A program made the translations under genes and the position numbers. A DNA stretch of 53,074 nucleotides. It comes from Planctomycetota bacterium (lineage in GTDB: Bacteria; Planctomycetota; GCA-002687715; DRQF01). This document shows positions 49,164 to 53,074 of this stretch, piece by piece (position 1 is the stretch's first letter; each line of letters opens with the position of its first letter). The notes beneath the pieces are model-generated. The model worked only from the letters and a program-made list of their open reading frames with translations, ran no database searches and was not told the origin of the DNA. Location: assembly GCA_027001995.1 (NCBI GenBank), contig JALTLO010000099.1, positions 742-53,815 of the forward strand, given 5' to 3'.

Positions 49164-52078
49164 AACTCTCCTATTTTCTTACCTGGATTGAGACGAACGG
49201 TGCATCATTTGGCTTAGAAATCGGCATAAGAAGCCTTCTTCTTTTGGCCCCTATTGCTGCCATTGGCCTGGTCTTCCACCGCGCTACAGCAAAGTCAAAA
49301 CAAACTCTCTGGGTGGGAGGTTTCCTGGCCTTGGCCATTTTGCCTTTGGGTCAATTGGCCTTGCCCCGCCTCCCTCTTCTTCCTGGGAATGAGATTTCCC
49401 CGAGAGCTGCCGTCTCAAACGAACGCGCCGATGTGAGTTCTTCCCTCCTCATGGGAACAGACTCCGTCCCAAGCAACACACCCCCAGCCACGACAGAGAC
49501 GTTGCCCCCCGCCCCTGATCACACTGAGCCCAAGGGCCAGGAGACGGCCGCAAAAATAGGGCCCCAAGGGGGAGGCTACTCTGCGCCGATTGAGACTTTC
49601 CTTCCATCAAGATTGGAAGAATCCACGATAACTTGGCGCACACCCATCTTTATCTGTTGGCTTTTGGTGGCAATCTTCTTGTTTTGCCGCTTTCTCCACG
49701 CCACATGGCAACTGAATATCTGGCGCAAGAATGCCAAGGAAGCCCCTCGAAAAATACAAAGCGTGGCCGCAAACGCCTGCCGGCGGGCTGGGCTCAACGA
49801 AACAGTCCCTGTCCTAGTCACAGATCATGTACGGGGCCCTGCCATCGTCGGGGGATTTCGGCCCTGTTTCTTAGTACCGACCCGCTGTATCGAAGAGGAT
49901 GACTATTCGATCACCTTGGAAGCTCTCCTCCTCCATGAGGCCATTCACCTCAAACAACGTGATACACACCTTCAATTCCTCGTTTCCTTCCTTCGCTGCA
50001 TCTATTGGTTCAACCCCTTTACCTACTTGGGTGCTCGCGCCATCTCAAGAGAAAGGGAGATCATTACCGATGCTGCGGTTGTCGCCCAACTGGAAACCTC
50101 GGCAGACTATGCCCAGGGCATCGTGGACGTTCTCCGCTCCAAGAATAAGCCATCCCCACTGCGCTTTACTTTAGGGGCGGCAGATGGCAGCAGGAAAGAC
50201 GTAGAGAAACGCTTAAACCTCATTATTGCCGGCGGCGGCCAAGCATGGAAACAACCAAGAATGATCACCCTCTTAGGAAACATCACCCTCGTTGCCTCAA
50301 TCGCTTTCTTGACCATGACCATAGTGCAAGAATCATCTTCTGCCAGCGAAATGGACACTCGCCAAGCAAAGGCCGACGTGAGCACGGAAGCCGTGCGCTT
50401 GGTGATCGATCTCCCCGAGCCAATCCCCGCAGGAGGCGAAACAACCATGGTCGATTGGCCCACATGGCGCCGGGCACGGGTAGGGAGCTACATTTTTGAA
50501 GGCCGTCCCCATTCTTTGGCGAGTCTCGGGGATAAACTCAGACACTATGGGGTGGCCAACGCCGCCATGCGCTCGTCCGAGAATGGGAGGACATCTACAA
50601 CCATCTTGCACCTTCGGGTGAACCGCAGACGGCCTGTTCCTGACATCATGAATGTATTGAGCATCGCGAGTCGCAAAGACATTGGCATCGTCAAGGTCGA
50701 CTTGGCTCAAGATGGCTCACCTGAGAAGTTGCTCAAAATATCACTTCCGCTTGACGGCGGAATGGGGAACAAACTTGCCACAGATCTCTTCGTGTATGTT
50801 GAAGTTCCCAAGACATCGTCAGCCTCTGACGCCAGCAAAGGTGCGGCCAGGATTTCAAACTATGCAACGAAACGTGAGATCGCAAAAGAGATCAAATCCC
50901 AGCTGGCGCGACGGGATAGTAGAAGTCTGGTCCTCAGCAAGGGCATGAAGTTCGAGGTCTTCTCCCGAGCTCTAAGAGAATTCAGCGGTGATAAACGGAT
51001 GCTCGTGAGTTTCCAAGTCCACGCAATGAGCCCCAAAGCGGCCAAGCCCATTGCCAACCAAGTTGCGAGCCCAAAGAAGGCCAAATCGGCCTTGAATCAA
51101 GGACTCGCCTGGTTGGCTGCCCACCAAAGCAAAAGTGGAAGCATCTCTGTTGGAAAGGCGAAAGACGAAGGCCTTGTGCTTGGAAGAACTGCTTTGGCAA
51201 CCCTCGCTCTCTTAAGCGACGGCCGGACGCAGGATGTGGGGCCCCACCGTGAAGTGGTGAAGAAATCACTTGCCTACCTGCGATCCATGCAAAAAAAGAA
51301 CACCCAGTCCTTTCACGGTTGCTTAGCTCCCAAGGATTCCTCTTATCGCAACTATGCCCACGCCTTGGCAACTTTAGCGTTGGCAGAAGCTTATACCTTA
51401 TCGCAGGACAAAGCCCTGAAAGAGCCTTTGGAATCAGCAGTGGCATTCATTCTTCGGGCGCAAAACCCCTACCGGGGTTGGCGCTATGGTATCAGGGCTG
51501 GCGAAAGTGACACCTCGATGACAACTTGGATGCTAATGGCCCTCCTAGCTGCCAAGAATAGTGGCATACCCATGGCCAATCGGACATTCCAAATGGGGCA
51601 AGATGTCATCCGCCAGATGACCGACTTAGACACGGGACGAACGGGTTATATAATCGCCGGAGAAAACCCAGTCCGCACCCCGAAAACCCGCCTGGTCTAC
51701 CCCTCACAACTGAGCGAATCTCTCACTGCCATGGGTTTGACGGTTCACGGACTCCTCAAAACAACCAGCCAACAGGAGCCCATTATCAGCCGCAGTCTCA
51801 CGCTCCTCACACGCTTAACACCCAAGTGGACGCCAGAGAAAGGAAACGTTGATTACATCTATTGGTACTTCGGCACGACGGCACTGCGCCTCCACCAAAA
51901 CCAAGGAAAGGAACAATGGAACAACCAACTCCTGCTGGCACTCATTCAAGGCCAAACGAAGTCCGCAGAATTCGCTGGCTCATGGCCGACACGAAGTCCA
52001 TGGGGAGAAGAAGGAGGTTTAGTCTACACCACCGCCATGGCATGCCTCTCCATCGAGAGCGCTCTTTCGAAACATTGA
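49160..52078 (+). CDS. BlaR1-type M56 peptidase fused to ExbD-like and prenyltransferase/squalene-cyclase-like domains
   Basis: LLHEAIHLKQRD, YWFNP, REIITD; QW-type repeats (GLAWLAAHQ, RAQNPYRGWRY, AGSW...YTTAMACLSIE); ATGA overlap with the regulator. Confidence 0.9.
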   Translation: MKLSYFLTWIETNGASFGLEIGIRSLLLLAPIAAIGLVFHRATAKSKQTLWVGGFLALAILPLGQLALPRLPLLPGNEISPRAAVSNERADVSSSLLMGTDSVPSNTPPATTETLPPAPDHTEPKGQETAAKIGPQGGGYSAPIETFLPSRLEESTITWRTPIFICWLLVAIFLFCRFLHATWQLNIWRKNAKEAPRKIQSVAANACRRAGLNETVPVLVTDHVRGPAIVGGFRPCFLVPTRCIEEDDYSITLEALLLHEAIHLKQRDTHLQFLVSFLRCIYWFNPFTYLGARAISREREIITDAAVVAQLETSADYAQGIVDVLRSKNKPSPLRFTLGAADGSRKDVEKRLNLIIAGGGQAWKQPRMITLLGNITLVASIAFLTMTIVQESSSASEMDTRQAKADVSTEAVRLVIDLPEPIPAGGETTMVDWPTWRRARVGSYIFEGRPHSLASLGDKLRHYGVANAAMRSSENGRTSTTILHLRVNRRRPVPDIMNVLSIASRKDIGIVKVDLAQDGSPEKLLKISLPLDGGMGNKLATDLFVYVEVPKTSSASDASKGAARISNYATKREIAKEIKSQLARRDSRSLVLSKGMKFEVFSRALREFSGDKRMLVSFQVHAMSPKAAKPIANQVASPKKAKSALNQGLAWLAAHQSKSGSISVGKAKDEGLVLGRTALATLALLSDGRTQDVGPHREVVKKSLAYLRSMQKKNTQSFHGCLAPKDSSYRNYAHALATLALAEAYTLSQDKALKEPLESAVAFILRAQNPYRGWRYGIRAGESDTSMTTWMLMALLAAKNSGIPMANRTFQMGQDVIRQMTDLDTGRTGYIIAGENPVRTPKTRLVYPSQLSESLTAMGLTVHGLLKTTSQQEPIISRSLTLLTRLTPKWTPEKGNVDYIYWYFGTTALRLHQNQGKEQWNNQLLLALIQGQTKSAEFAGSWPTRSPWGEEGGLVYTTAMACLSIESALSKH

Positions 52079-52081
52079 GGA

Positions 52082-52333
52082 TCAGAATTGTTCTTCAGGC
52101 CAGGCCTTCTTTGCCTTAGACCGGAGGGCCTGAGCCTCAACTTCCAAACCAAGTTCTTGTGAGCAACGCAAGAGCTCCCGAAGTACGCTTGGGTCCAATG
52201 TATAACGCAGAATAGTCTGGCCTAGATCCCAGGCTGCTTTGGCCCCTTCGGATTCGCGCACAAAGACAAGGGCGCGAGGAATCCGGCTTAGGTTCAATCG
52301 GCGTTCCTTAAGCAAATCAGATTCGATCCTCAA
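52082..52333 (-). pseudogene. Probable C-terminal remnant of a helical (TPR-like) protein, cut at the IS66 debris
   Basis: 83-aa ORF with a weak TTG start and no SD; protein-like helical sequence that begins right beside the IS66 fragment. Confidence 0.4.
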
Positions 52334-52348
52334 AGCAAAAGCCTCATC

Positions 52349-52462
52349 ATGTCGAGCTTCAATTCATCGACCCGCATTCTCCTTGCGGTTGAGCCATGCA
52401 ACATGCGACGCTCCTTTGATTGTCTCTTTGCCAGTGTCCTTTCGGCAAGCGTGCATGAATAG
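52349..52462 (+). mobile_element. IS66 accessory gene (tnpB/orfB) 5' fragment
   Basis: Manual translation MSSFNSSTRILLAVEPCNMRRSFDCLFASV, compared with the family pattern RIxLAxxPVDMRKSFDGL; stops after 37 aa. Confidence 0.8.
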
Positions 52463-52519
52463 CACTTCTCATTGACCTAAACTCATGGCCTTAGAAACCC
52501 AAACAACCAAAGGCCAAGC

Positions 52520-52840
52520 ATGAACACACCCGACAAGTCCATTTCTTCCCCAGATATTCTCAAGGTCCGCCACCAAATCGATGAATGGCGTCAGTCTATG
52601 TCGCTGTTGAACCTGCTGATTTTCGCTGTGGCATTGACGGGCTATCTCGCCGCTGCTCTAGCATTTTGGACTGCGACCCATTTTCTGGCGCAGTTTTCGT
52701 ATTCCGCAATCGCCGGAGTACAGCGGTCAAGATTCTCTTTTATGACGGCCAGGGATTTTGGCTTTGTCACAAAAGATTATCGAAGGGCCGTTTTCGTTTT
52801 TGGCCCAACGAAACGTCTTTTCGTATTGAAGCCATACTGA
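52520..52840 (+). CDS. Small hypothetical membrane protein or chimeric ORF between the IS66 fragments
   Basis: 106-aa ORF with one TM stretch; its last codons overlap the transposase remnant. Confidence 0.35.
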   Translation: MNTPDKSISSPDILKVRHQIDEWRQSMSLLNLLIFAVALTGYLAAALAFWTATHFLAQFSYSAIAGVQRSRFSFMTARDFGFVTKDYRRAVFVFGPTKRLFVLKPY

Positions 52841-53074
52841 AATGGTTGCGTGTTCGACGGCATTTGTGCGACGATGATTTCTTTGCACTGCGTGTCGCCG
52901 TGCGAACGCGTTACTCCAAGCCCGTGATAGAGAAGATCGAAACTCGTCTACTCGACTTGAAGGCGATGCGCTCAATATTGCCCAAGAGTGCTATGGGCAA
53001 GGCTGTGAAATATGCTTGGAACCAAAGAGAAACTCTGAAGGCTTTCATTGAGCATGGCTGTGTCGAGTTGGACA
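52811..53074 (+). mobile_element. IS66 transposase (tnpC) internal fragment, runs off the window
   Basis: Manual translation ...RTRYSKPVIEKIETRLLDLKAMRSILPKSAMGKAVKYAWNQRETLKAFIEHGCVELD, compared with the IS66 pattern LPKSxLGKAxxY...FLxDGxVExDNN. Confidence 0.88.

Overview
Bacterial chromosomal segment, most likely from an uncultured Planctomycetota-type genome. This is inferred from gene content: FG-GAP and CRTAC1/ASPIC-UnbV proteins, squalene-cyclase-like repeat proteins, thioredoxin/HEAT proteins and a BlaI/M56 pair. Recognisable core genes are ilvE, queF, cydAB, a CDF transporter, an M15 DD-peptidase, aminopeptidase P and an S8 protease, mixed with many secreted hypothetical proteins. The best candidate for something undescribed is a BNR/sialidase-fold lipoprotein (22602-23846, minus) split by one in-frame TGA exactly where the family has Cys (G-U-PVNGP), with a long stem-loop starting at the UGA; this points to a selenoprotein. 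Other notable items: (1) a ~1.8 kb insert bounded by an 82-bp direct repeat that carries an orphan gene and a tRNA-Pro-like gene with a CGC (Ala) anticodon; (2) a perfect 19+1+19 bp palindrome centred on the -35 box of a DUF4143 AAA ATPase, repeated at a decayed paralog that is fused to a gamma-glutamyltransferase remnant; (3) a shared ~110-aa terminal domain on three unrelated secreted proteins; (4) TetR and BlaI operators readable from the sequence; (5) several apparently leaderless genes; (6) IS66 debris at the right end. All family calls come from motif recognition by eye; no database searches were run.
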